From Glaucostegus cemiculus (taxonomy: Eukaryota): 64,000 bases of DNA. Positions 49,276 through 62,186 of the stretch are shown here, piece by piece (the first letter of the stretch is position 1; every line of letters starts with the position of its first letter). The stretch lies in the NCBI GenBank assembly GCA_976551045.1, contig CDPCPM010000073.1, forward strand, positions 28,830,001 to 28,894,000. The letters are read 5' to 3'. The position numbers were made by a program, and so were the translations under genes. The notes beneath the pieces were generated by a model, which saw only the letters and a program-made list of their open reading frames with translations, did not search any database and had not been told where the DNA came from.

Positions 49276-52069
49276 GTGGTTTCGAGAATTTGGTTTGTTT
49301 TGTTTTGCAGTATTGGTCATAGTCTTTTGTCTTTGGCCATTTCTTATCCACCTATATTGTCTCCTAGTTTGCTCTTTTCAAGTTCTCTATTCCAATTGTC
49401 TCCAATGCAGAGTGAAAAATTTGGCATTCCACACCCACACTTCAACAGGGTGATCTTCAGGCCACTAGTGATTTCTCAGACAGTGGGTTAAACAATCCCC
49501 ATTCACCATTGTAGGCTGAGATTATTTCCATTTTAAGGAGTTTCTGTTATAACTCCATTCACTTCTACTAGATAAAAGGAACTGCTGAAATCTTTTTAGA
49601 GGATACAGAAACATCCTTGGTTCCATTTGGATAGTTTTATCAATTTTTTGCAGGAGCAGACTTAATTGTTCCCATAATTTATTCCATTAATTTCATTTCT
49701 TGTGCTTTCCATCTTGGCTATTTTCATGTTCTATTCTGGGAAAGTTATAGTTGGTAGTATTGTCACATCCAAATAAAATTCAGGTTTAGTTCATCATTCC
49801 AGTAGGTACTTCAGAAAACTTTGGGATGGATCCTTGGTGGCAACATTCAGTACAATGCCAGGGACTTGAATGCATTAATGGCATTTTTTGCAGATGCCAA
49901 AACAAGCCCTACCCACAAAAGATAAAAGATTGACAGCTGGCTATGGTAGGGCCTGATTAGGTGCAACTGACATGGACTCTGAAATATTCCATGCACTCTG
50001 ATTGTTTCTGAGACAAATTCAAAATCATTTAAAAACTGAAAAAAGCCTCCCCCAAAAAAAATCATAAATGTTAAAAGACCTAAACTAAAACCAGGCATAT
50101 CCACCCAAAATCACATAAACTCTTTAAAAGACATAAACATTTCTGAACCTAAGTAGTTCAAACACCTTCAAAAATGACAGACTTAAAAAAAATATCACAT
50201 TAAAATTAGTTTAAAACTATTTGAAATTTTATCTGGAGGACTGTTTAGCATGTTAATTGGGACAGAATGCTCTTGTGGCTGTCCCTCCAACGTAACCAAG
50301 AAAAAAAATCAATTACACCCGTTCTTAACTACTGCATGACTCTTCAGTGAAAAAGGAACCTCAATGTAGGACATTTCGACAAGTTGACATGCTAACCATC
50401 AGGGCACAGCCTTCTGCTCACCAGTAAACAGCAGCTTATGAATTTCCAGATTTGCACCTGGCTGTGCTGACATGTGGAACTGTGGAAACGTCACCTGTGC
50501 ATGATGTTATGGGTATGCACTGATAGTTTGGCTGACATTTCTTGTGCAAAGTTTAGGCTATTATTCATCTAATGCCTTCTCAATTCCAATCTAATATTTT
50601 ATTTAATTTTGCACATTCCTCTTTATTTGTAAAGCAACCTGTGGGGCATTCATTTCAGATCATTAACCTCCTCAGTAGATGGAGCATGTCTCTTTTCTTT
50701 TCGTCTTTTCCTTTTTTATTCCACAAAAGACACTTGCTAATCTTCCAGGAGCCTTGATGTTATTTTTTCCTTCTTTACAATATCTGATGTGTGTTCTAAT
50801 GATTTCTGGTCTTATTTCACAATTTCAGCAATTGTAGATTTTGTTTCTGTTCTGAGAATAGCTCAGTACAGTTGTATGGCTGGAATAATGTTTTATACAT
50901 TGAATTATGAAATATGCTGTGGACTTCTGTGACTTAAAATTTGATCTAACAATCTTTGGATTAAGCTACTTAAGATTGGATGGGTCCAAAAGCTAGATCA
51001 TTGATTCCAGTTTTCATTTTGGAATTACCATGAAGGAGTAGTAAAAGGTGCACACTTGTTTGATTCTGCAGTTGTGATAATTGACCTTGTCCACCACTAG
51101 CTTTATCAGACTTCCAAAATTTATAGTTTTTCTTTTGATCAAATGGGTAAAATATAACCTCTTGCAGGTAAGAGAACAGCTTTGTAACTCAATTTTAAAC
51201 TGACAAAGAACTGCTCAGTATAATGGAAGCGTTTCTAAATGTAATTATCCACCCACACAACTTATAAAATTATTTTCTGAACCACATTCTCTGCAAACAA
51301 ACAGGGCATTTGTCTGTGTATAGAATCTATTAACATGATACTGCTCATGGTGACCTTTGCTGTACAGTTTGATTATGATTTTAAAATGGTCTTGATTTAA
51401 GATGTAACAGGACTGACCATCACCTAGACTTGGGTACATCGTTACTCAATTTCTGAGTTTTTTTAAAGCAAACTGCATTTTAACTCTATTTTTAACAAAG
51501 AGTGATAGTGCATATCACTACCTCCACTATCATAGCCACAGCAGAACCTACTTTTATGTAATAAAGCCATTTGCTTTATTGGTGGTTTAACCTACTTAAA
51601 GTAAGTGAGTTAGTACACCTGCAATAGTAATCAGTAATTGCAGACCAGTATGTTGTATACATTCAGATGCTGTTTACCCTAAGTATTGTTCCAAGCTCTA
51701 TGCTTTCAAAGCTGTATTTAATTTGTGAAGTAAATGGTACACTGATATGGCTTTGACTGTAGCTGGGTCAATAACTGGACCTTTATCCTGTTTCCCAAAG
51801 GAAATTATAACACCATGTCTGGGTGCATCTCAATTGGGACAAAATGCAATTAATGAATTCCCATTGATGTAGGATGAAAATTACATTCATCAGACAAAAG
51901 CTTAATCTGGTGACATGACATTCCTCTTTTATCTCAATGCATGTGTCATTAACACCTTGAAAACAGATGGTTGGAGAAGGTTAAACACTCATTTATGATT
52001 GACTTCAGTAGTGGTTATTCAACTCTTGCACTGGGTGAAGGTTGGTTATGTCTGAAACAATTCCCGGTA

Positions 52070-52370
52070 TCATTAATATTTCATTTGTTCCTCATTTCCT
52101 TTTTTCTCCTCTTTTCTCTCCCTCCTTTTGCTTTGTTCTTATTGCCTGCACTTCTGTTTTTCCCTCTCTTTTTCCTTCACTTTTCATTTGTTCTTGTTCT
52201 GATCCATTCATTCACTTCTGTTGTTTTGCTTTCTTCTCTACTCCCTCATTTTAAACTGTCACCAATTTCTCCCAAACCCTTGCGCTCTTCGCTGGCCTCT
52301 TTTTTACTCATCTTACTTATATCTCCTCTGCTGTTGTGTTTTCCATTCTGTTTTTTTCTCCTGCTTCCTA
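52070..52370. repeat. Pyrimidine-rich low-complexity tract
   Basis: Almost only C/T on the + strand. Explains the spurious Phe/Leu/Ser-rich ORF 51971-52513. Confidence 0.8.
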
Positions 52371-53589
52371 AAGCATTGGAGCTGTCATGTGAAGAGGTTT
52401 CAGGGAGCAGTGTGAGGATAAGAGAGCAGATGGAGACTCAGTCAGCTGGCGAAAGGAATGCTGAAATACAGGTTGATAAGTTGGATATTCTTAATGTTGA
52501 TTGTCATCTATGACAGTTTTGTATTATTGGTTGAACCTCACCTGGGTAGGCAGGGGAAAGCTTTTGAAGAAGATTATCAAATTATCCATGAATGCACCAG
52601 CACATAATGCTCTCCACTTACTGCTGCCCAGCGAAATACACTGAGAAAGCAATTCCTCCTTTTTTTTGTGGCATATTCTCAGTGACTTAAGACACTGCAC
52701 AAATATTTTTTCTAAATAAATGTGCAGACGCATACACATTAGTCTGTACCAGGCACCATACAAAACAATCCTGAAGTCTTGACATAGCTTTGTTTTTGAA
52801 AAGATCCCTGTCAGTAAAAAAAAATCAGAGTTATGCCCTTCTTATACTGTGTTTAAATTAGTTGTTTTTACATTTGCCTCAGGGTTAGAAATAACAAGTG
52901 ATTTATTTTTAAATGTTATCTCTTTGTAGCCACATTGTGGAAGCAGCATAGATTTCTGTCAGTAGCTATGTGTTGAAATGATGAATGGTCACATGTATAT
53001 CAGCTGTTTATTCAGATTCACATATACAGTGCTTTTGAGGGCATTGATGGAAAGTGTAGCACTATTCTGCTAACACATCATTGGGATATATTAAGTGTTA
53101 AATATTACTGTAGGTAACTGTTCAAATTAAGTTGGAAATACATCCATCTTAATAAAAAGAAAATTACTGCTATCTTTACATTTCAGTTAATTAGTTGATT
53201 TATGTTTGAACAATGTGGCATCTTCCAGAAGAGTATTTTAATGCCATCTGCTGCATATGAATTGCATCTGGTTTCCTGCCTCCATAATTCAGAGTATAAA
53301 ATATAGTGTTGGGATCATTTTGAACCAACACAATTGAGAGCTAGTCAGGGAATATCTTGCTTTAACTGAAAAGTGGGCAGGTCAGATGGCATGTTGATCA
53401 TCAGATTCAGTTGTGCTCACAGGTGGAGTTCATCTCCCTGTGAGCAGTGCAGAGGAAATCGATGAGAATGAAAGGAAGCAATACAGAGGTTTTCTCAGGT
53501 GGACAGGGACGGGTCAGTAGATGAACAGCGGCAGGCATTCAGATAGCTAGTCCACAATGTTCGTCAGGTATTTATCCAAAATTAGTCAA

Positions 53590-54835
53590 AAGAGATTCCT
53601 TGAGAAAGGGACAATCTCTGGTTAACAAAGGAGGTTAAGGATACTGTTAAATTGAAAAGTAGGGCACACAAAGTGGCAGGTGCTGGTGGGGGCCAGAGGA
53701 CAGGTAAATTTTCAGGATCCAGCAGGGAAAGACTAAAACGCTCATAGGGGAAAAATATTAATATATCAAATATTGTTCTGTGGGTAAGTAAAAAGGAAGA
53801 AGGCAGCGAAGGTAAATGTGGGACCTCCAGAGAATGAGGCTGGTGAATTAACAACAGGAAACAAAGAAATGGTAGATACGGTAAATCAGTTGTTTGCATC
53901 AGCCTTCAATGTGGAGGACACTGCCAATACAGGTGACCTCTGTGTTATGTGGAGGGGGAGGTCATAATCTTAGAAAACAGTCTGTATCGTGATTTTCCAT
54001 AACATGAAGCCACATTACCTGCACATACATCAAGAAAGGCAAAATGAAAAAAAGTGAATCTTGTGTTCATTTATTTAGATTTTTTCATGTAAATTCTATG
54101 AGAGTAAGATTTATTCCATTATCTCAAAATTTTGGATAGTGACTCGTGACTTCTGTAAGGGTGAATTTCCATACCTGAATGGCTGTAACACAGGGGTTGC
54201 TTGTATCCTGAAGATGACAGGTGGGCTCGTTTTGAATAATGTGGAATGACTTGTAAAAAAAAATCCCAATTACAAGGGATAAAGTAACTAAAGGCGACGA
54301 GTCTCTGGTACCTGGTGGCCTGCACCCCCAGATTTCAAAGGAGGTGGCTGCAGAGACAGTGGACCCATTTGTGAAAATCTTTCAAAACTCACTAAATTCT
54401 GGGAGGGTACCAGGAGATTGAAGAACAGCCAATGTGACTCCTTTGTTCAGAAATGGAGGAAGACAGAAGGCAGGGAACCATTGGCCAGTTACTTTAACAT
54501 CTATTGTTAGCAAGATGCTCAAGTCAACAATCAAAGAGAAAATAGCTAGTTATTTAGGAAAGCTGAATATAATCACACCAGGTCAACATGGTTTATAAAA
54601 GGTAAACATGTTTGACAAATTTTTGTTTCTTTTTATTCTTTGGGGATGTGATAGGGCGAGTTGATAGAGAGGAACCTCATTTAAAATTGAGGTGCATAGA
54701 AATTTATTTTCTCAGAGGATAGTGAATCACTGGAATTCGCTGGCCCTGAAGAAGACCTGATGCCACCAAAGATCAGCAGAGCAGGCTTGAAGGCCTGGTG
54801 ACTACCTCCTGCTATTTTCTTGTGTTTTATGATGT
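53590..54835 (+). mobile_element. Old CR1 fragments interrupted by a MITE
   Basis: tttgcatcagccttcaatgtggaggac, ctggtacctggtggcctgcacccc, aatgtgactcctttgttc and caacatggttt are collinear with CR1 ORF2. Confidence 0.75.
53930..54203. mobile_element. Tc1/mariner-pogo (Tigger-like) MITE, 274 bp
   Basis: Imperfect TIRs CAGGTGACCTCTGTGTTA and TAACACAGGGGTTGCTTG. TA on both flanks (53928-53929, 54204-54205). Host CR1 sequence is continuous across it. Confidence 0.75.
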
Positions 54836-54885
54836 GCATGAAATTGGATTTTATGATTAGATGAATCTGATGCATTCAAGCTGGG

Positions 54886-55027
54886 ACAGAAATAGAAAAT
54901 GCTGGGAAAGCTCAGGCCCAAAACATTGTCAGTTTCCCTTTCCACAGGTGCTGCCTGACTTGCTGAGTTTTTCCATCATTTTCTATTTTTGTTTCATGTT
55001 TCCAGCATCTGCAGTTTTTTGATTTGC
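54886..55027. mobile_element. Penelope-derived fragment with a 30-bp inverted repeat
   Basis: 54886-54915 pairs with 54963-54992. Contains gtgctgcctgacttgctgag...ttccagcatctgcag. Confidence 0.65.
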
Positions 55028-55048
55028 ATTCATGCTGGGTGCCATTTT

Positions 55049-55236
55049 AGAATCAGAATCAGAATCAGAATCAGAATCAGAATCAGTTTTATTGTCACAA
55101 CCATATACATACATGGTACGCATAGGAGCGAGATACCGTCCTCCACAGGAACACGTCTCATAGAAAAGAATAACATAACAACCAACAGAGAGACACATAC
55201 ACACTTGGCAGAATACACAGTACAAAACATTACTCA
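55049..55236 (-). mobile_element. Short copy of a (GATTCT)n-tailed retroposon
   Basis: (AGAATC)6 then ttttattgtcacaacc...; closely matches 62187-62360. Confidence 0.85.
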
Positions 55237-55334
55237 TTAGTTCTTACATAAATAGATCTTAAAGTGAACGGGCTGGTGTCAGGCAAAGTTGTGAAGTCTT
55301 TTTGAAATAAAAGTGGTGCTTGAGTACCTGGGCA

Positions 55335-55520
55335 AGATTTATACTTTACCCAATCAAAATAAACACCTGCTGGTCATTATTTCATTTTTTCTTGTGGGAG
55401 TTTGCTGTGTGCAAATAGGCTAGCTTTCCTGCATAATCAAATTGGTTACTTCTCACTGGTTGTAAAGTGCTTTTCAATATCCTGAGTTTGTGAATGCACA
55501 AAATAAATGCAAGTTTCTCA
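55335..55520 (+). mobile_element. Deu-domain SINE (SacSINE1/AmnSINE1-like) 3' part with L2-type tail
   Basis: tgtgggagtttgctgtgtgcaaataggct...ggttgtaaagtgctttt...atcctgag...taaatgcaagt. Confidence 0.6.
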
Positions 55521-55559
55521 TTCCTACTGCAACAAAAAGTGTCCATCCTGCAATATGTG

Positions 55560-55726
55560 CTCTTTACTCTGTACTGGTATTGTTTTTACCTGTACTACCT
55601 CAATGCACTCTGTACTAACTCAATGTCAATGCACTGTATAATGAATTGACCTGTACCAACGCTGTGCAAGACAAGTTTTTCACTGTACCTTGGTACAAGT
55701 GACAGTAATAAACCAATACCAATACC
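55560..55726 (+). mobile_element. Rex1/Babar-like 3'UTR fragment
   Basis: tttttcactgtaccttggtacaagtgacagtaataaa followed by (CCAATA)n. Confidence 0.75.
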
Positions 55727-55784
55727 AGTATGTCCTGAAGGCCCTTCGGATGGACTTGAACCAATTATCTAGTGATACATTTAG

Positions 55785-56060
55785 GAATAAAAAGTAAACT
55801 TCTGGAAGAACTCAGCAGTCAAGCAGCATCTGTGGAGGTAAGGATTTAGTTGACATCTTGGGTCAAGAGCCTGCGTCTGGATCAACGGATCAGGCAGCAA
55901 CCATAGGAAGATAAACATCTACTCGACTTGATTATCTTTAATCAAAACTGGGAACCGTTTAATATAAGGCAAGTTTTAAAATGTACACAAAATGAGAAGG
56001 GAGCAAAGAGCAAAAGGGAAGGTCTTTGATTGGCTGGAAAGAGGTGATAGTTTAAAGGCA
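55785..56060 (-). mobile_element. Penelope-like terminal-repeat fragment
   Basis: ctggaagaactcagcagtcaagcagcatctgtggag...gttgacatcttgggtcaagagcctgc. Confidence 0.55.
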
Positions 56061-57477
56061 AAAAAAGGATGTGGCCTAATGGAGGCCCATTTACCTGGCA
56101 ATGCATTTTGTGCATTCTAGCTATAATTTTGATCATGGGCCCATAAATTAAAAAAATTAATTTCCTGAGGTCCAAGGCATTGCAGATTATTGAAACATCT
56201 CAAGCAAGGATAAGGCCTTTCCTGTGTATGTTATGAGCCAGAGCTGTAGCCATCCGGGGTTTGTGGTGTGAAGGTGCAGTGAGGTAGAGGGGAGTGGAGT
56301 AAGGCATGGATTGGCTGCTGGCGGTTGGTGGTAGTAGGAGGGAGAAGAAACCTGCAAGCAATGGTCTGGGGGATGGCAGTGAGAAAATAGTGAGGGTTGT
56401 CATTGAGTCAGGGGATGGGGTTCATAATAACCCTACTTGGAGGTCAATGAGTTGGGGGACTTCTGGTCGGTGTTGTGAACTTGATGATGAGGGTTGGAAC
56501 AATAGTAGAATTTTATTGGGGTGGGGGTGGTGCTAAATAAATCAAGGGGAACCTACATGAGTCAGATTCTTAACATCTGACTGGGACCAGTTCGTTGAGG
56601 CCCTCTTTGCTGCTGCAAGGATAACAGTGCTATTAAACATAAATCACAAATATAGTGTGATGCCCAACACTAAGTGCACTTCAGATCCATGTGGGCATTT
56701 CCTTCCAGTCACAATCCAAATGAGCATTGAATGGAATGATGTTATTATGTGCACATCTGACACACACAACACATCATTTGTGCAAGCATAATTTCTGTCT
56801 GGTCAGAATTCTGGAGTGGCATAGCTTTTAAACTGGAAACTATTATATTTGTGTTGCCTTCTGGGAAAGAGAAGGTCATTTTCATGTGCTGAAACAACAC
56901 TGTCATGTGATGGATTTTCTAGGCTAAGGTTTCGCATATGGGAATGTAAATTCTGACCATTTTCATTCTGCTGGTCATTTTACTGATGTCTGTGCATAAT
57001 TGTCTCTGCATTGTCCAGCTGGAATAATCAGAATTCATCTTCAGCTCACTTAATTCATTATGTTCATAACATTCAGGCTATGAGGAATTCAGATTAATTC
57101 AAATTAATGTTAATGTTTGCTTTGGTGCTTATCCCGTGTGTCAGCCATATTATTTTCTTTCAGTAATTTCACTGCTTGTAACGTGACAGCTTTACTCTTC
57201 AGAAGGTCAAAAACAGTTTATAAAAATCCATCAGAATCAGTAATTGTTTTTTGAACCTACTCAAAGGACTGTTGATTTTACTAAGAGATGCTGTTTCACA
57301 TTATTAATGTGCATGTGCTGGCTATAACAATTACTGCTTTCATGGAAAGATGATGCTTTGTTTGCTTTGGTCAACTACAAGTGATAGTTTTTTTTATTTC
57401 AGTCAAAGCACATTTTTATCCTTTGAAATCCTTGAAGATTAAAAACAAAATGAGTGATTTTTGCCTGTTGTGCAGAA

Positions 57478-57960
57478 TTTATAGCACACGAACAGGCCAT
57501 TTGGTCTGTGCCAATGTTTATGCCTTAAACAAATCTCTTCAGCCTGACTTCATCCAACCCTATCAGTACATCTTTCTCTTTCTTTTGCCTAGTTTCTTCT
57601 CAAGTACAACTGTGCTATTTGTCTCATTTGCTCCACGTAGTGAGTTTCAGATTTTAACTGTTCTCTGGGTAAAAAAATTCTTTATTGGATCCATTTGTGA
57701 TTATAATGTCCTCATGACCTCTAATTTTGGATTTCCATGAAACTAGAAACGTTTCGATCCTATCAAACCCTTTTTATAATTTTGAGGACCTCCTGTAATA
57801 ACTTATTCATTACACTACTCTTCAGGAAAAGGAGGAAATGGTGCATCTGATAGTTCTAATGGCTGAGTTCTAGTTTCACACTTGTAAATCTTCATTGCAT
57901 CTTCTTCACTATCCATATCTCCATTTTGTAAATGGAGACTGGAACTCTGCAGATTAATCT
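57478..57960 (-). mobile_element. Old CR1 3' fragment
   Basis: atagcacacgaacaggccatt, actgttctctgggtaaaaaaattc, ttgtaaatcttcattgcatc. Confidence 0.65.
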
Positions 57961-58097
57961 AATTGTAATAATGATTTTAAAAAGTATGAGTTAATAGTTG
58001 TAGTTAAATTATTTTCTGCTGATAAATAGTTACTTGGAATAAGAGACTTTAGTTCTGCTGAACATCATCTTAAAATTGAATGTGATTTTGTATGCAG

Positions 58098-58150
58098 TTG
58101 TGACGGGAAACATTATGGACGTGAGCTCAAAAGTGACGCTGTCCTGATGG
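58098..58150 (+). other. Candidate 53-nt exon or conserved non-coding element
   Basis: Acceptor ttttgtatgcag, weak donor G/GTGGGG followed by G-runs, 3 CpGs retained. One fully open frame reads CDGKHYGRELKSDAVLM. Confidence 0.25.
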
Positions 58151-61100
58151 GTGGGGGGAGTGGGTGTGGAGGGGTATTTTATGTCGAATGCATTAATAGT
58201 TTGATCAGTTCAAAACCATAACACAACGCATTTATCTTTGCTTACTGCATTTGAATTTGATTTAAAATGTATTTGAAAAAAGTTCAACACTGCACTTTTT
58301 AGCTGCCCTATGATGTGCTGACTACTACTGTTCAGCGAATAGAATTGTAATTTTAAATCTATAGTCCACCTATGATAACCTACAGATGAATGAAAATGTA
58401 GCGATGGTTTTCCATGTTAAGTGAATAGTTGTGAAAATCTTTTTTGTTTGCCAGCTTTCTGAGCTGTGTTGAAAGCCTCCAAGTTTGGGCTCATTTCCTG
58501 TTTTGCTGTTTTGATCTCACACCATAGGAAGTGGTCCCATCTGATATCAATTCTTTTCTGCTGCAAATGTCCTGGACGGAGAGTCATTCAAATTCCAAGT
58601 ATCTATAAACTATTGACTAGGTGTACAGAGTATTCAATCAATAATGTGTTTCATGATGCTGTGGCTTTACTGTAAAGATTAAAACCGCATGAAAGTCATT
58701 GTCTCTCCAACATGTTCAAATACATCAAGGAATGCCATGTGACATAGCCTATTGGTTTTCAAGAAAATTCATTTTGTAAACGCATAAAATTTTTGTACAT
58801 GCAAGGTTTTTGTTGACATCAGTGGTCCTCAAAGCTTCTGTGGTTTGGCTTTGCTATTAACGTCTAACATTGAAATCAGATTTGCACCTTTTATTCTGAG
58901 ACTTTTGAGGTATGTGGTTGTAAGAATGTTGCACACCTTGAATATAAACCTCCACTGAGTCTCTGGATTCACCTTGGCTGGCATTTATTAACCATATTGC
59001 CTTTAGTTACCCCTCAGTCTCAATAATGGTGATGCTTTAAGTTAAGATTTAAAATAGCTCTTTTTTTGGCCAATATGGAAGATTAAAAAATATACATTTA
59101 ATGCCAGTGGCATTCAGCAGTAAATTGGCATTTAATGCAACTATTAAATATTTAATTGATTGCGACAATATTGCTTCATGGGTTTAGGTAGTAGGTGAGA
59201 CTGCTAACATCCAACAGAAGGGGCCAGACCAACATTCAGTCTGGTCCCAGCATCTTGAGGACTCCAGTGGCAAGTTTCATTATGCTCCAAGTGGCCTCAG
59301 TAACCTGATGCCAAATCCTCTGGTGAACCACTGACAAAAGTGTCTGAGGTGGGAAATAGCTGGAAGGGTTCAAAGAATTGCTCTTCAGATTCTGTCATTG
59401 TGGGGCATCTTTGTAAATTGGAATTGTCTCAATCCAAAGGGAATGGGTAGTCTCCCTCAAGGGTGACCTGTAAACTGGGAAATATGCCATAGATCTCCTG
59501 CTTAAACATGGAATGGTCATGTGTGAAGAGATTACGGGTTTCTACGCAGTAACCTTCATCTGTGCAGGCAGAGCAGGCCAACTGCAGTGTTGCCTGCAGA
59601 AGATGGCATGTGTCTGCCAGCAGTGACTAAAGGTAGGATCGTAGCTTCCACTACACCCTTGGGAGGTATGCTTCCTTTGTAGGAGCCTTCCTTCTCCTCC
59701 TCCAGGGTCTGTTGGCATCTGGTTTATCTTTGGGCTGGCCTCTTGCCTTGCTGCAGACTGTACTGCAGACTCAGCTGGACCATCACTGAAATACCAACGC
59801 CAAATAGGAAATAAATAAAAAATCCTCCTCAGTGTTTGCCAAGATTCCCGAGAGTGCTTGCTGCAATACCCGCTTGGCCTTTGGAAGAATTTCAACTAAT
59901 CTGCAGTTTACTCCCCAGCAAAGCTACAAGTGGTTGAGTACATCCTCAAACACCAGGGGTGCTATGCACTCTGCAGCTCTGAAATCCTCATCTCCTTTCA
60001 GTGGTGTACACTGTTGCATCAGTGGGGGAGCTCCAGATGAGTATTGCATGGGGTTTTACATGATCTATGTGCCCCTTAATGCCATCTGTTTCAAATGTCA
60101 GTGCATTACATGCATAGAAAGATCTTCATGATGCTGGAAAGGAGCACCTAACTGCATTTGCAAAATCTTCGCCAGCTCCACTTCTGGCCCTCTGTTCTAT
60201 ATGAATTTAATATTGTTTGAGAGTCTTTGAGAATAGATGTTGATTTTAAAGCCAGCTAATTATCTTAATGTTAGTAAGGAAAGATCGTGCTAATTGATGG
60301 GTGCTATGATGATTTCTGTTCAACATGCAGAATAAGAGATAAAAAGGCAAAAAAGCTTATTGATCCTTGTCTAACCATTTAAAAAGAGAGCTTTTGGGGA
60401 AATAATCAAACCTTTTCTCAGGTAAATTGATTGGTGGGGGCTGAGGATAATGGCTGAGGAAAAGTAGCAAACTGGTTGAGCTTTGGGGTTCTTAAGGTTT
60501 CACATTTGGGAGGTATGTGGATGGAGTAGTTGAAGGTTTTATGGATAATGTAAAGCAAGGGAGAGAAGGGGATACTGATTTTGATGTAATCCCAAGGAGT
60601 GTGGATAATGATTAAGGAATGGTTAGTGTAAAGGTGAAGAAAAACGGGTGCTTTGAGAATGAGCCATGTTTTGGTAATTGGAGAGGGATATGAAATAGAA
60701 AAGTCTTGGGGTCACATTCACTTTGCAAATGCAGGCTGCAGTCATCTCCTGTGCCTCAGTCATCTACCAACCAAAAGGGAAGGACTATGCAGAAACAAAA
60801 CAGAGGGAAGGAAGGGAAATAAAAAGAACTGAAGGTAGTGAAATGAATGAGAAGGGTCGAAAGCTGAAGGGTGGTCTGTGAAACAGTAATACAATGACAT
60901 CAAAGCTTCATCAGATTGTGACTGCATTCTCGAACCATGGGTAAAATGCTGGTGGAGATTGACTAGTAATGTACTAAAAATCCTTTTTTGTCTGCAAGCA
61001 TTTTCTGTCAATGTTTTTCATTATGAATTCCTACATTCACATTTATATTGGAAACTGCCTACATAAGGTTGTCTGACTGCAATTACATGACTCTCTTCCC

Positions 61101-62186
61101 CCAGAGTGTTACTGCAGCACAGAATTGACCAGTTATATATAATGATTATATAACTGACAGATTTAACTTCTGTCCAGAAGTACTTATTAGTTTTTGAAAA
61201 CTGCACGCCTAAGTAATTTTTCAAACAATCATTTGCAATTTTGGAAAGTCTTTTAAAAGTAGCATTTTAAATTTGGTGTTTGTTGGTTTTAAGTACTTTT
61301 GTCTGTTAAATATTGTGATATATTTTAAAACCTTGTTAATATTTTTGTTGAACTGATTTACGTCTGCATGATTCATTGAATGTTATTCAACTGTGAAGTT
61401 TTTAGAACTGGGATTTTTGTTTTAAGAAACAGAAAAATGTACTGATGAGACGATATCAAGATCAATATCCACTATCGGTTGGGGCAAGGAAGAAAATTAA
61501 TGTTCTAAGTGTGGTCCATATCACTTTTTGAGACTACTCTGGTTCAGTACCTCAACAGTTGGTTTAAGATAAGATTGTGTTTAGGCATGATTTTCTAACT
61601 GCCCTTTTCAATTTTGTTCACTCTTCTTCTGAGGTTTATTCTGGGGTAGGTTTGGTCGTGCAAGGTTTCAAGGCACTGAGTGCTCTCTGATGCATTGGCC
61701 ATGTGAGCTTTCCACTGGTATGAGATTAGATAGTAGATGTTGGGAAGTTATTTGACATGATCTGCCCTAGCCTAAACTTTTACTCATGGTAGTTACGCAA
61801 GTCTAGTAGGGGGTCACTGAATAACAGTCATGCTTCCTGGGTGTGAATGTACAGAATTCTTTCTAAAACAGGATAAGGTATTGGGCTAACTGTTGGCCAT
61901 ATAAATTGGGAGCAGGAGTTGGTCACTCAGCCTCTCAAGTCTGCTCTGCCATTCAGTGAGACCATGGCTGATCTGACTGTAACCTCACTTGGCATTCCTG
62001 TCTGCCATAGTAACCTTTCACCTCCTTGCTGATCAAGAATCTATCTACCTCGGCCTCAAAAATATTCAAAGCCTCTGCCTTCACTGCCTTTTGAGGAAGA
62101 AATCTAAAGATCACAACCCTCAGAGAGAGAAAACAAAATCCCTTCACTTCTGTCTTAATTGGGCAAATTCTTATTTATAAACAGTT

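Noticed and set aside
51971-52513. 180-aa hydrophobic ORF resembling a membrane protein
   Set aside because: Translation of a C/T low-complexity tract, starting at a non-ATG codon.
58110-58152. SECIS-like hairpin
   Set aside because: It lacks the AUGA/GA quartet in the right register (AUGG instead) and there is no associated selenoprotein ORF.
59540-60190. Possible second Harbinger-like relic or coding region
   Set aside because: Only vague similarity, and no ordered catalytic motifs could be recovered.
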